DNA of 64,000 bases from Candidatus Amesbacteria bacterium. GTDB taxonomy: Bacteria; Patescibacteriota; Microgenomatia; CAZETR01; Amesbacteraceae. The stretch covers positions 77,018 through 141,017 of the forward strand of contig DAHWUD010000002.1 in the NCBI GenBank assembly GCA_027331445.1, in the 5' to 3' direction. Within the stretch, counting starts at the first letter, position 1, and the number at the start of each line of letters is the position of its first letter. A program made the position numbers and the translations under genes. The notes below the pieces were generated by a model. That model was not told the origin of the DNA and did not search any database. It saw only the letters and a program-made list of their open reading frames with translations. Shown here in pieces: positions 35,931-45,987 of this stretch.

Positions 35931-37942
35931 GGCGAATAGTTAATCGTAAAATCATCTAATATCGGCGCCACCGAAGGGGCGTTGCTGCTGAATATGGCCC
36001 TGTATTCAAAGCACTGGCCCGGATTGGTGTAATTTCCGTTAGTCGCCAGCGGTACCACCCCTTGCAGCACCAGCGGCCCGGTTCCTGCCACGGTAAAGTA
36101 CTGCCCGGGATCGGCGTTCGGCCCCACAAAAGTGTAACTGGCATTGGCACAGCTCCCGCCCACAGCCGCCGCTACCGCCACTTGAATCCCCAGTGACGTA
36201 TTTTGCGGCTGGTCAATATTTGCCTGGAATCTATTCCACGCCGTAGACCCTCCGGCATTTTTATACGTCGACGTGTAAGTTCCCGAATTGACATATGTTC
36301 CCCCGTTCCCCCCCAAAATCATTTTCAGTTCCGCATGTGTATCCCCGGTCACAATATATGAGTAGGCATACCCGTCCGGCTGCAGCACCGCCGCCACCGC
36401 AAATGCCCCGCCGGAAATCGCCAATCCCGCCGTTACCCCGTTATGAGTACACGCCGTCGGGCTCGCCGGGTTTGTCACATCCATGACCTGGTACTGATAA
36501 GTCCCTCCCGTTCCCACCACTACCGCCCGGTTTCCCGTCAACCAGGCCACCCCCATGGGACTCATGCCGTTAGTACTCGCACCCCCTTCCGGAGTTAATG
36601 TCCCGGACGGTGTCGCGATATTCACGCTGAAAAAATCGTTCAGCGACCCGGACGCATAGCTGGTCACCACATACGCCGTCGACCCGTTCACCGATACGTC
36701 CGTCCCCGGCTGCCCGTTGCCCAGGTTTGATGAAGCCACAATCACCGGCGTAGTTGGGTCCGTGACATCAATAACTTGCAGCTGCGTCGTCGCGGAATTC
36801 ACCGCTACATATGCGTAAGTCTTCCCGTTGGCGCTCACCACTGTGACTTTACTGCCGGTCCCGGCCAGGGTCGGCACAAAAGTCGTGTTCAGCTGCGGCC
36901 GCGATCCGCTGTGCCCCGCCAGATCTCCGCTTCCCAGACCAAAGGTATAAAACTGGTTCCCGTCGGTCATGTACCCCACGTTATTCAGTACGTACACGCT
37001 GTTTCCCTGACCTTGCCCCGGCGCATCAAACCATCCGATCTCGGAAAATGTCGGCGGACTCCCCGATACCGAACCCATATCCAGTATCTGTATCTCCTGC
37101 GAATGGTTTGTCGTCGCAATGTAGCCGTAGTTATTTTCCGTAAACACCCCGTTGGACTTGGAATTATCAAATTGCCCGGAGACTGTAGCCACCGGCGGGT
37201 TGTTCCCCGCCACGTTTATTTCCGCAAACGTCGGCCCGGAAGCGTTTCCCCCCGTCCCGGTCACGACCGTCCCCGGATACGCCGCAATGGCCGTCGGCAC
37301 CCCCTGCCCCGACAAATCGACCGAAGTTACGGACAAACTGGGGTCGCACCAATTTCCCCCTCCCCCTCCCGCCCCCAGCGTTACCTCACCCCCGTTGTTA
37401 TTCGTTACCGCCGTCCCTGAATTTACCCCCGCATTAAAATCCGCCTGCGTCGTCTGTATCCACGACAGGTTGTCAAAATACCGTGTCACATACATCGGCA
37501 AATCCAGGGTGTAGTTTGTCGGCGAATTCCAGGACACTATCGCATCCACCTTTTTTGTCGACGGGTCCGGCGTTCCCGACAGCCCGATCGCCCCGGTTGC
37601 GTCCCGGTACACATCGCTCACCACCACTGATCTCGTGAACCCGTTCACCGTCTCCGCCCCGGTCGGCATCGGCATCACCCATGCCCCCGACCCGCTTGCC
37701 AGATGGTAAGTTCCGTCCACGGCAAAACTTGTCCACCCGGAATCTATAATTACCCGCACCGCTTCCAGTGCTCCCCGGGCCCAGGCCACGGCGTCCTCCC
37801 GCTGCAATTGCTGCGCCTTGCCTTCGGTGGAAGACACCACTCCCGTAAGTAAAGCCGGCAACAGCACCGCCGCCAGCCCCATGGCCAGCACCAGCTCCAC
37901 CAGCGCCTGACCTTTCTTAATTAATCGCCACCGGTACCCCAT
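35927..37942 (-). CDS. Large minor pilin (PilV-like) with beta-propeller-like adhesin domain
   Basis: G/QALVELV; long G/S/T/N-rich region with AYV...LQVIDVTDP repeats. Confidence 0.82.
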   Translation of the reverse strand: MGYRWRLIKKGQALVELVLAMGLAAVLLPALLTGVVSSTEGKAQQLQREDAVAWARGALEAVRVIIDSGWTSFAVDGTYHLASGSGAWVMPMPTGAETVNGFTRSVVVSDVYRDATGAIGLSGTPDPSTKKVDAIVSWNSPTNYTLDLPMYVTRYFDNLSWIQTTQADFNAGVNSGTAVTNNNGGEVTLGAGGGGGNWCDPSLSVTSVDLSGQGVPTAIAAYPGTVVTGTGGNASGPTFAEINVAGNNPPVATVSGQFDNSKSNGVFTENNYGYIATTNHSQEIQILDMGSVSGSPPTFSEIGWFDAPGQGQGNSVYVLNNVGYMTDGNQFYTFGLGSGDLAGHSGSRPQLNTTFVPTLAGTGSKVTVVSANGKTYAYVAVNSATTQLQVIDVTDPTTPVIVASSNLGNGQPGTDVSVNGSTAYVVTSYASGSLNDFFSVNIATPSGTLTPEGGASTNGMSPMGVAWLTGNRAVVVGTGGTYQYQVMDVTNPASPTACTHNGVTAGLAISGGAFAVAAVLQPDGYAYSYIVTGDTHAELKMILGGNGGTYVNSGTYTSTYKNAGGSTAWNRFQANIDQPQNTSLGIQVAVAAAVGGSCANASYTFVGPNADPGQYFTVAGTGPLVLQGVVPLATNGNYTNPGQCFEYRAIFSSNAPSVAPILDDFTINYSP

Positions 37943-38393
37943 ATTGATTTATAGTAATAGTTTTTGTTGTCCCGTTATCAGGATCGGTTAAGGCAAAGCT
38001 GTCCGTGGCACTGCTCCACCCCGCCACCTCTCCGCTGCCGTCGCTGAACACCACCACCCCCCCGGGAAAGTTCACATTGGCAAAACTGATTGTGGAATCC
38101 AGATTCACCACAAAATTCGCCGCATCTCCGGCCGCATAGCTGTTTCCCCGGAAAAGCGTATACGCGTCCGTCCCGAAATAAATTCCGTAGCTGGAAATCG
38201 TCCCCGTCCCTTCAGTATCCCCCGTCATCGCCCTGATGCGTTGCTCCCGCAGATCGGACACCACCTGGACGACCGCCGCGTCCATCCCCGACTGCCGCTG
38301 TGATCCTACCAGATTCATCGTCCCCAATACCGCCAGGGAACTGATAATCGCCGCCACAATTATTAATTCCACTAATGTAAACCCCCGTCGCAT
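37917..38393 (-). CDS. Minor pilin, FimT/GspH-like
   Basis: G/FTLVELII; VVF...G; I.IN..G. Confidence 0.85.
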   Translation of the reverse strand: MRRGFTLVELIIVAAIISSLAVLGTMNLVGSQRQSGMDAAVVQVVSDLREQRIRAMTGDTEGTGTISSYGIYFGTDAYTLFRGNSYAAGDAANFVVNLDSTISFANVNFPGGVVVFSDGSGEVAGWSSATDSFALTDPDNGTTKTITINQYGVPVAIN

Positions 38394-38394
38394 A

Positions 38395-39450
38395 TTACAT
38401 GGACCCTACCTGACCGATCATGCCGTAGATAGGGGCAATAATTGCCATCATCATTCCCCCCACGCACACCGCCACCAGAATGAGCATCACCGGTTCCATA
38501 ATTGCCGTCGCCATTTTCAGGGAGTTGGCCACCTGGTAGTCCAGATGGGTCGAAATATCGGACATAGCCTTATCGAGCGACCCACTTCTCTCCCCCGCCT
38601 CCACCAGCTTAATTACAATTGAGGGAATTATCCCCTTTCCGGTTCGCAGTCCCTCCGACAGTTTTTTCCCTCCCATCACCATCTCCCGGCTTTTGCCGAT
38701 CAATTGGGCCGTCTGCTTCCGAAATACTACTTCCCGTGACAGCTCCAGCGCTGACGTAATCGGCACCCCGGAGGACAGCAGCAAAAACATACTCCGGGAA
38801 AACTTGGACAGGTCTATCTCTTTCATCAGTTTGGACACCACCGGCATCCGGTAAAACAGTTCCAGTAAACCGGCCTTGTTTCTTTTGTACAAAAACGCAA
38901 ACAGCCCGCCTATGATCAGAATTCCCCCGACGAGATACAGCGTGTGTTTCAACAGCAGATCAGACATGAATATCATGATCTTGGTCGGCAGCGGCAGTGT
39001 CACCCGCAGCCGCGAAAACACCGTGGAAATCTTCGGCACCACAAACACCAGCATTACCGCCATCACGCCCGCAAACACCACCAAAATGAGAGCCGGGTAC
39101 ATCATGGCAAATTTAATACTGTCCGCAAACTCCATATCCTTCTGGATATGTTCCTCCAGATCCCGCAGTGTAATTTCTAAAGTTCCCGCCTGCTCCGCCG
39201 CTTTGATGAGATTAACCGTCACTTTGTCAAAACACCTGGGATAACTGGCCAGGGACGTGGAAATCTGCTTTCCCTGCATCAGATCCGCCTTAATCGTTTC
39301 CAGGATTTTTTTCTGGTTCCCCTTGGTATCCTCAGCAATCGAATTCACGGCTTCCAGTATGGGAATCCCGGCCGTGAGCATCGTTGTCAGGTTACCGATC
39401 AGCTCGATTTTCTCTCCCCCGGACAGGGATATTTTAGATGTTGTAGCCAT
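38395..39450 (-). CDS. pilC: Type IV pilus platform protein PilC/GspF
   Basis: AGIPI, AE..G.L, MYP, GE.SG.L, EP...PIY. Confidence 0.93.
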   Translation of the reverse strand: MATTSKISLSGGEKIELIGNLTTMLTAGIPILEAVNSIAEDTKGNQKKILETIKADLMQGKQISTSLASYPRCFDKVTVNLIKAAEQAGTLEITLRDLEEHIQKDMEFADSIKFAMMYPALILVVFAGVMAVMLVFVVPKISTVFSRLRVTLPLPTKIMIFMSDLLLKHTLYLVGGILIIGGLFAFLYKRNKAGLLELFYRMPVVSKLMKEIDLSKFSRSMFLLLSSGVPITSALELSREVVFRKQTAQLIGKSREMVMGGKKLSEGLRTGKGIIPSIVIKLVEAGERSGSLDKAMSDISTHLDYQVANSLKMATAIMEPVMLILVAVCVGGMMMAIIAPIYGMIGQVGSM

Positions 39451-39453
39451 AAT

Positions 39454-41139
39454 TTAACTCATAAACTCGGCTTTGGTTGCCCGCAGCACTTCTTCAATTG
39501 TCGTCACTCCCCGGTTTATTTTGTCCAGCCCGTCCTGCAGCATGGTCCGCATCCCCTCCTCTATTGCCTTCTTTGCAATCAGCTCCGAATCCGCTTTCTC
39601 GGTAATCAACTTTCTGATTTCTTTAGTTATTTCCAGCACCTCAAATAGTCCCACCCGCCCGGAATATCCCGTATTCCGGCACACCCGGCAGCCCTTCCCG
39701 GCGTAGGCGCTCACCTTGTGGTTAGACCCGAATACCACCCGCAGCGATTCCTGGGGAAAATTCTTGGTAAATTCTTCCCATTCCACGGCAATTTCCTGTT
39801 TGCATTGTTGGCAAATCCGTCTCACCAGCCGTTGTGCCACTATTATATTCACGGTCGACGCCACCAAAAACGGCTCCACTTTCATGTCTGATAGCCGCGG
39901 GATAGCCGTCGCTGCGTCATTCGTGTGCAGCGTGGACAGTACCAAATGCCCCGTTAGGGCAGCGTTTACGGCAATCCCCGCCGTCTCGTTATCCCGGATT
40001 TCCCCCACAAAGATCACGTTGGGGTCCTGCCGTAAAATAGACCTTAGCCCGTTGGCAAACGTCAGATTAGTCTTCACATTTACCTGGATTTGATTGGCCC
40101 CCTTAATCCGGTACTCCACCGGGTCCTCAATCGTGGTGATGTTCTTTTCCCGTGTATTCAGTACCTTGAGCACGGAATAAATTGATGTCGTTTTTCCCGA
40201 TCCCGTCGGCCCGGTGGACAGCACCATCCCGTAGGACTTGGTATAAGCTCCTTCCACTTTTTTCAAATCCGCCTCGTTCATCCCCAAATCCCCGAACGAA
40301 TAATCCCTAAAGCGTGAAGACAGCAGCCGCAGCACCGCCTTCTCCCCCGCTACGATGGGCACAATCGACACCCGAATGTCCAGAATTTCTTCCTGCAGCT
40401 GCATCCGCATTTTCCCGTCCTGCGCCGACAAATGCTCGTCCGTCCGCAGGCTCGACAGCACTTTAATCCGGGTAATGATCCGCTCATGCAGGTACTTCGG
40501 CGCCGTCACCACGTCGTGCAGTATCCCGTCGATCCGAAATCTGATCAGTGAATCCGTTTCCTCCGGTTCAATATGGATGTCCGACGCCCGCTCCTGGTAC
40601 GCCGTATCAATCAGTAAGTCCACGATTTTGGCGACCGGCGGGTCTTCAAGGACACTTCTGGCACTCCATACGTCTTCCTTCAATAGGTCATCCACCGACT
40701 TCTGTAAGTCCTTTTCGTACGTCCTCAGTACGTTAAAAATGTCCTGCTGTGTCGCCAGGTGCACCAGAATTTTTGACCCCGTCTTTTTGGCCAGCATCTC
40801 TACCACCTCCGTCTTTGCCGGATCCGCCACCGCCACCCTTATCCCTGCTCCGTCTCTGGCAAAGGCAATTATTTTTTGCCTTCGTGCCAGCCGCTCGGGC
40901 ACGATTTCAAATACCTGTTCCGGAATCTGGATCTTGGACAAGGCCACAAACGGCACTTTCAGGTACCCGGCCATTATTTGTCCCAGTTTTTCGTCCGTCA
41001 CCAGTCCCCGGTCCATCAGTACGTCATCAAACGACCGTCCGGTCGTCACCGCATAAGCCTCCAGCTCCGGCAGGTCTTTTTCCGCCACCACCCCGGCCTT
41101 GACCACCACTTCCTTAAATTTATCCTCGGGCAGGATCAT
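39454..41139 (-). CDS. pilB: Type IV pilus assembly ATPase PilB/GspE
   Basis: ASDIHIEP, GPTGSGKT, TIEDPVEY, LRQDP, TGHLVLSTLHTN, tetracysteine motif. Confidence 0.95.
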   Translation of the reverse strand: MILPEDKFKEVVVKAGVVAEKDLPELEAYAVTTGRSFDDVLMDRGLVTDEKLGQIMAGYLKVPFVALSKIQIPEQVFEIVPERLARRQKIIAFARDGAGIRVAVADPAKTEVVEMLAKKTGSKILVHLATQQDIFNVLRTYEKDLQKSVDDLLKEDVWSARSVLEDPPVAKIVDLLIDTAYQERASDIHIEPEETDSLIRFRIDGILHDVVTAPKYLHERIITRIKVLSSLRTDEHLSAQDGKMRMQLQEEILDIRVSIVPIVAGEKAVLRLLSSRFRDYSFGDLGMNEADLKKVEGAYTKSYGMVLSTGPTGSGKTTSIYSVLKVLNTREKNITTIEDPVEYRIKGANQIQVNVKTNLTFANGLRSILRQDPNVIFVGEIRDNETAGIAVNAALTGHLVLSTLHTNDAATAIPRLSDMKVEPFLVASTVNIIVAQRLVRRICQQCKQEIAVEWEEFTKNFPQESLRVVFGSNHKVSAYAGKGCRVCRNTGYSGRVGLFEVLEITKEIRKLITEKADSELIAKKAIEEGMRTMLQDGLDKINRGVTTIEEVLRATKAEFMS

Positions 41140-41168
41140 ACTTAGATTCCATTATATATACCTTTGCC

Positions 41169-41615
41169 CTAATTTAATATCCAAATTGAAACATTTAACA
41201 CGGCGGCAAAACTTACCCAAGCCAGATATGGCCCCATCAGCCAAACAACTGCCTTATCCTTCCTGTAAAAGTCGCGCATCGCCAAAACTATTGCTGCCGT
41301 CAAAAACAGTATCTCCCCCACCGCTGCCTTCGGCTGTTTCAGTCCGAAAAAAATTACCGACCACACCACATTTAATCCCAACTGCACCCAAAACCATTTC
41401 AAATTTACTTTCTTGCTCCATCCCCTGGCCAGCGCAATTCCCATCAGTAAAAACAACGTCGTCCACACCGGAGCAAACACCCAATTCGGCGGATTAAACG
41501 GCGGTTTAACCAGCCCCGCATACCAGGTCCCGATATTCGGCGTCGTAAATACCGACCCCAAAATCCCCGCCCCTTCGCAAATCACAATCGCCGCCGCCAG
41601 CCGCCTTATTGTCAT
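41169..41615 (-). CDS. tspO: TspO/MBR tryptophan-rich sensory protein
   Basis: WY..L.KP.FNPPNWVFAPVW, PYLAWVSFA..LN. Confidence 0.95.
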   Translation of the reverse strand: MTIRRLAAAIVICEGAGILGSVFTTPNIGTWYAGLVKPPFNPPNWVFAPVWTTLFLLMGIALARGWSKKVNLKWFWVQLGLNVVWSVIFFGLKQPKAAVGEILFLTAAIVLAMRDFYRKDKAVVWLMGPYLAWVSFAAVLNVSIWILN

Positions 41616-41639
41616 CTCTTCTATAATAATCCCACCGCC

Positions 41640-42005
41640 ATGAAAGACTATCCTTTAACCCCGGCCGAAAAAGCCGTTATTGAAGATGCCCGCACCGAAA
41701 CGCCTTTTTCCGGTGAGTACGATGATTTCTTTATCCCCGGCACCTACATCTGCTGCCGCTGCCACACCCCCCTTTACAAATCTGAAAACAAATTTGATGC
41801 CCGCTGCGGTTGGCCGGCTTTTGACAACGAGATTCCCGGCACCATCAAACTTCTTCCCGACCCGGACGGCCAGAGAACCGAAATCCGCTGTGCCGCCTGC
41901 GACGCCCATTTGGGCCACGTTTTTACGGGTGAACACTTCACCCCGACCGATACCCGCCACTGCGTCAACTCCCTGTCCTTAAAATTCATTCCCGCCAGGC
42001 CTTAG
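41640..42005 (+). CDS. msrB: Methionine-R-sulfoxide reductase
   Basis: TE.PFSG, CGWPAF, HLGHVF, RHCVNS. Confidence 0.96.
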   Translation: MKDYPLTPAEKAVIEDARTETPFSGEYDDFFIPGTYICCRCHTPLYKSENKFDARCGWPAFDNEIPGTIKLLPDPDGQRTEIRCAACDAHLGHVFTGEHFTPTDTRHCVNSLSLKFIPARP

Positions 42006-42019
42006 GGTATAATCTCCCC

Positions 42020-42702
42020 ATGCCTGAAACCCCACCCACCTCGGAAACCCAGGGTCGAAAAATTTCGCTTTCATCGCTATCAATGGGCTCGTAGATATAC
42101 CAGAAGCCGCAATTGAAATGGCCACCAAACATTTTGGCACCATCGGCTTTAAATCCAATTGGGGCAGCACGGAAACCATTGACGAAAAAGCCGACCGGCT
42201 TGACGAATTGGTTTCCAGCCTCAAAGCTCAAGATTTAGAAGTTGTCCTTGTAGGTATGAGCGCCGGTGGCGGCTTTTCCGAATACTATGAATTAACACAT
42301 CCCGGTAAAATTAACCACATTTACTCTCTCGATGGCACTCTCGATACCAAAGTTCCCGGCCAGAAATTAGAAGAGTTGGCCAAGAAGTATCCTTCATTTC
42401 AAGAAATGATGACCTTCAATAATGCCAACCTCACCCCCGAAAATATTGAGAAATATCAATTAGACGAAAAAACCACTGCTTATTACTCCAAAACCGATAG
42501 CATCGTGCCCAAATCAGTCGCTGCCCCATCCTGGGTGAAAGGTGGCCGCATCAGTGCGATGAACTTTCCCGCAATGACTCATGTCGCTGCCATCGGTACC
42601 AGGTTTGTGAACGAAATCGCCACTATCATTTCTGAAGCCAAGGAAAAAGGCCAGCTTCCTTCCCGAGCCCCCGGACAATGGATAAACCAAAACTCGAAAT
42701 AG
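42020..42702 (+). CDS. Alpha/beta-hydrolase fold protein; likely frameshifted near the 5' end
   Basis: GMSAGG nucleophile elbow with downstream D and H; ORF track start is 42118, but ATG 42020 joins the frame with one extra base at A5 42058-42062. Confidence 0.65.
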
Positions 42703-43193
42703 CCGTTTTTGGTGGTGGTTGCTTCTGGTGTACCGAAGCCATTTTTCAGCGCCTTAGAGGAGTCATCTCTGTCTCTCCTGGATACTCCGGAGGCACGGTT
42801 CCAAATCCTACCTACGAACAAGTCTGCACTGGTACAACTGGTCACGCCGAAGTCGCCCGCATCGAATTCGATCCCCAAATCATTTCTTATTCCGATCTAT
42901 TAGAAGTCTTCTTCACCACTCACGACCCCACTACCAAAAATCAGCAAGGCGCCGACGTCGGTCCCCAATACCGCTCGGTGATTTTTTATACTTCAGCTGC
43001 TCAAAAAACCGCTGCCAAGACCATTCTCCCCCCACATGCCGTCACCGAAATCTTGCCCTTAGACCAATTTTATCCCGCCGAAAATTATCACCAGAATTAT
43101 TTCAACAGCCACAAAGACGCCCCCTACTGCCAATTAGTCATCGCCCCTAAAATCCGAAAGCTTCTTGACCATTACGGCCGTCTCATTACCTGA
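42678..43193 (+). CDS. msrA: Methionine-S-sulfoxide reductase
   Basis: GGCFWC, GHAE, QYRS, AE.YHQ.Y. Confidence 0.96.
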   Translation: MDKPKLEIAVFGGGCFWCTEAIFQRLRGVISVSPGYSGGTVPNPTYEQVCTGTTGHAEVARIEFDPQIISYSDLLEVFFTTHDPTTKNQQGADVGPQYRSVIFYTSAAQKTAAKTILPPHAVTEILPLDQFYPAENYHQNYFNSHKDAPYCQLVIAPKIRKLLDHYGRLIT

Positions 43194-43629
43194 CCACCCA
43201 CCGCAACCCCTCCAGTCCTGCCCAAACCACCAGCCCGATCCAGTAATCCGTAGGCAGCCCCAGCCATCTTTTCGCATGCCAGGGAATCTCCACCGTCAGA
43301 AATTTTTTCATTCCCCACAGCGGATTAATTACAAACCACCACACACTCTCTATCCACCAAAATCCCCACCATAGCTCCACTATCTGTAACCAGTTGCCCC
43401 ACGACAACACCAGCCCGAACAAAAACGGCAGGTGAAACAAAAACAATGTCAGCGTCCACACCGCCAGGTGATAGCCGGTAATATACGGCCATCCGATCAC
43501 CGGATATAGCGGGTTTTTCATTCTCCCCGTCGCCGTCTTGGCGCTCCACCCGTACCCTCCCTCAATCTCCACTTCCACCACCGCCATCCACGCCGCGCAC
43601 CCGATCACAAACAGCCACTGGGCCCACAT
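43186..43629 (-). CDS. Trp-rich membrane protein
   Basis: Four TM helices, EVEIEG..GW, TGYH, WF..NP. Confidence 0.7.
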   Translation of the reverse strand: MWAQWLFVIGCAAWMAVVEVEIEGGYGWSAKTATGRMKNPLYPVIGWPYITGYHLAVWTLTLFLFHLPFLFGLVLSWGNWLQIVELWWGFWWIESVWWFVINPLWGMKKFLTVEIPWHAKRWLGLPTDYWIGLVVWAGLEGLRWVVR

Positions 43630-43651
43630 TCTTCTATCATACACAAAATCT

Positions 43652-44065
43652 TTACTTCCCCAAATCCTTCAGCCCGGTCCCGACTCTCCAGCCCCACTTT
43701 TCATATACCATATTCCCGGGATTCCGCATTTTCATCGGCAAAATTACCATCCCCTCTTTTGTCTCCAGCCAAAACCCGTATTTATTGTTCGGCCCAAAAG
43801 CCAGCCCCGGCAGCAGTTCCTTCGCGATCTGCTGTACCTGTGGTAATCCGATCTCCCCGATTTCATATTTTTGCTCCATGGTAGCCAGTAGACTCACCAC
43901 CGTCTGCATCTCATTTTGGTTAATTTCCTGCTGACAGCTCATCTGCTGTGCCACCGCCTGTCTTTGCACCTGGCCCGCTTTTAACCTATATCCGGCGGCC
44001 CCCCCGAGCCCCAACGCTACCACCCCCGTCACCACTACCGCCAGTGGCACCCGCCATTTTTTCAT
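43652..44065 (-). CDS. Hypothetical exported protein
   Basis: N-terminal TM helix or signal peptide. Confidence 0.6.
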   Translation of the reverse strand: MKKWRVPLAVVVTGVVALGLGGAAGYRLKAGQVQRQAVAQQMSCQQEINQNEMQTVVSLLATMEQKYEIGEIGLPQVQQIAKELLPGLAFGPNNKYGFWLETKEGMVILPMKMRNPGNMVYEKWGWRVGTGLKDLGK

Positions 44066-44069
44066 CCCC

Positions 44070-44744
44070 CTAAGTATACCCGATTCGCTTTTCGCTTTCC
44101 CGGGCCAAAACCGCCACCTTTTCCAGTACCTGCGCCGACAGCCTTCGCACCCGCTCCCGGTCTTCCGCCTCTCCCGTTATGTATAAAGCCTTTCCCACCG
44201 TCATCGCATACGGCCCGGACAGGTACCACGTTCCCAACTCCCGCGTCCCCTTCACCACCGAATATACCCGCTTGACTCTCTCTTTTCTCACTCCGATCCC
44301 CACCGGCACAACCGGCGCTTTTGCCGTCAGTGCCAGCCTCACCGCTCCCGTCTTCGGCTTTCCCATCCCTCCCTCCGCCGGGCTGATATCTCCCTCCATA
44401 AATACGATTATCGTCTTGCCTCTTCTCAAAAGCCCCGCCGCCGCTTCAAACGCCTTGTGTCCTTCTCCCGGTTTTACCGGAATGTGCCGGCACCATTTCA
44501 GATACACTCCGAAAACCGGAATTTTAAATAATACCTCCTTTATCAGAATTATCGCGTGCTCCCGGGACAAGGCCGTGATCAAAAACGGGTCGGATGTGGT
44601 GGGATGGTTGGCTACAATTACTTTCGCCCCCCGGGGCATCGGCGCCTGTCTCACGATATCCATTGAAAGCCCCACCTCCATGTATAGCCTGACCAGCTTC
44701 CTGCCCGCAAAGTACATCAGCCTGTCGCCAAAAAACCTGACCAT
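44070..44744 (-). CDS. PlsC-like lysophospholipid acyltransferase
   Basis: NHPTTSD, F.EG, K.G..RLA, P.VPV. Confidence 0.88.
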   Translation of the reverse strand: MVRFFGDRLMYFAGRKLVRLYMEVGLSMDIVRQAPMPRGAKVIVANHPTTSDPFLITALSREHAIILIKEVLFKIPVFGVYLKWCRHIPVKPGEGHKAFEAAAGLLRRGKTIIVFMEGDISPAEGGMGKPKTGAVRLALTAKAPVVPVGIGVRKERVKRVYSVVKGTRELGTWYLSGPYAMTVGKALYITGEAEDRERVRRLSAQVLEKVAVLARESEKRIGYT

Positions 44745-44771
44745 GATCCCAATATTATTACTTTAGTTCCC

Positions 44772-45338
44772 TCAATTCACCCTGGAAATATATTCACCGG
44801 TAGTTGTGTCCAATATGATCATTTCTCCCTCTTTGATAAACAGCGGCACCTGGACCTCGATTCCGGTCTCCAGCTTCACCAGTTTCTTGGGCGCATTTAC
44901 CCGGTTTCCCGCCACCGAATCCGGCGCTTCCACCACTTTGAGGTTTACGTGCGGCGGCAAAATTACCCCGATCGGCTTCTCCCCCCACCATGTTACATAG
45001 CACTTCATGTCCGCGATCAAAAATCCCACCTGGTCCTCTACCAGTGATACCGGCACGCTCACCTGCTCAAATGTCCGCGGATCCATAAACACCACATCCT
45101 CCCCGTCCCGGTACAAAAACTGCATCTCTTTCTTTTCTACATCCGCTTCCTCCACCGACTCATTGGTCTTGTAGGTAAAATCCTGCACCGACCCTGTCTG
45201 CACGTTCTTAAACTTCACCCGCATAATGGGCGATCCCTTGCCGGGGGCCATAAAATCCGCCTTCATCACCTGCTGCGGCACGTCCTTAAACATCAAATAC
45301 ATGCCCTTAGCTATATTTCCCGCATTAATATTTCCCAT
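44772..45338 (-). CDS. efp: Elongation factor P
   Basis: PGKG loop, FMD...FEQ, LETG....VPLFI..G. Confidence 0.96.
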   Translation of the reverse strand: MGNINAGNIAKGMYLMFKDVPQQVMKADFMAPGKGSPIMRVKFKNVQTGSVQDFTYKTNESVEEADVEKKEMQFLYRDGEDVVFMDPRTFEQVSVPVSLVEDQVGFLIADMKCYVTWWGEKPIGVILPPHVNLKVVEAPDSVAGNRVNAPKKLVKLETGIEVQVPLFIKEGEMIILDTTTGEYISRVN

Positions 45339-45379
45339 ATATCGCCAATTTTACCCCCCACTCCTCAATTACTCAATCT

Positions 45380-45976
45380 CTACGACTTAACCTCTGCTGT
45401 TTTCTCACCTTGATTCCCGGCCGCGGCTTTAAACGCCTTCACCAATTCCTCCATCCTCCTCACCTTCCAATTCACCGTTCCGCCCGGGACTTCTTGACTC
45501 GTCAACCTGCCTACCTCATCTTTACCCAATAACACATCGGACTCAAGTGCATTCTCACCCAGCCTCACCCCTAATAGCCCTGCCTTACTATCAAAAGACA
45601 TCTCTTTCACACCCTTCTCATCCTTAATACCACGGTAGCTCCGAGTTATGTCGGGCGTCCACCTCACCGTAATGAAATTCTCATCGCCCGTCACAGGATA
45701 TATCTGTCCCAAATCCTTTCCCCCCATGGCATACCTCAATATAGGCTTGCTCGGACCTAATTCCACTACCACCACTGGGTGGGCAAACTTGCCCTCATCG
45801 ATCAAAATTCCATCTGCAAACACCTTCGCCCCCACGGGCAGACCTAAAGCCCCCAAGTTTGCCTTCACCGTATCCTGTGCCCTCTGCATATACCCTGCGG
45901 TTTCCTGTTTCAAGCCATTCACCCTCCGGCTCAATTCTACTTCCCCTTCACCCACGGCGTCCGGTGCTGGTGCCAT
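45380..45976 (-). CDS. Hypothetical protein
   Basis: 198 aa ORF between epmA and efp; no motif recognised. Confidence 0.6.
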   Translation of the reverse strand: MAPAPDAVGEGEVELSRRVNGLKQETAGYMQRAQDTVKANLGALGLPVGAKVFADGILIDEGKFAHPVVVVELGPSKPILRYAMGGKDLGQIYPVTGDENFITVRWTPDITRSYRGIKDEKGVKEMSFDSKAGLLGVRLGENALESDVLLGKDEVGRLTSQEVPGGTVNWKVRRMEELVKAFKAAAGNQGEKTAEVKS

Positions 45977-45987
45977 ACATCCAAAGT

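Noticed and set aside
42058-42066. AAATTTC as a programmed -1 frameshift heptamer
   Set aside because: It is in the wrong phase relative to ATG 42020.
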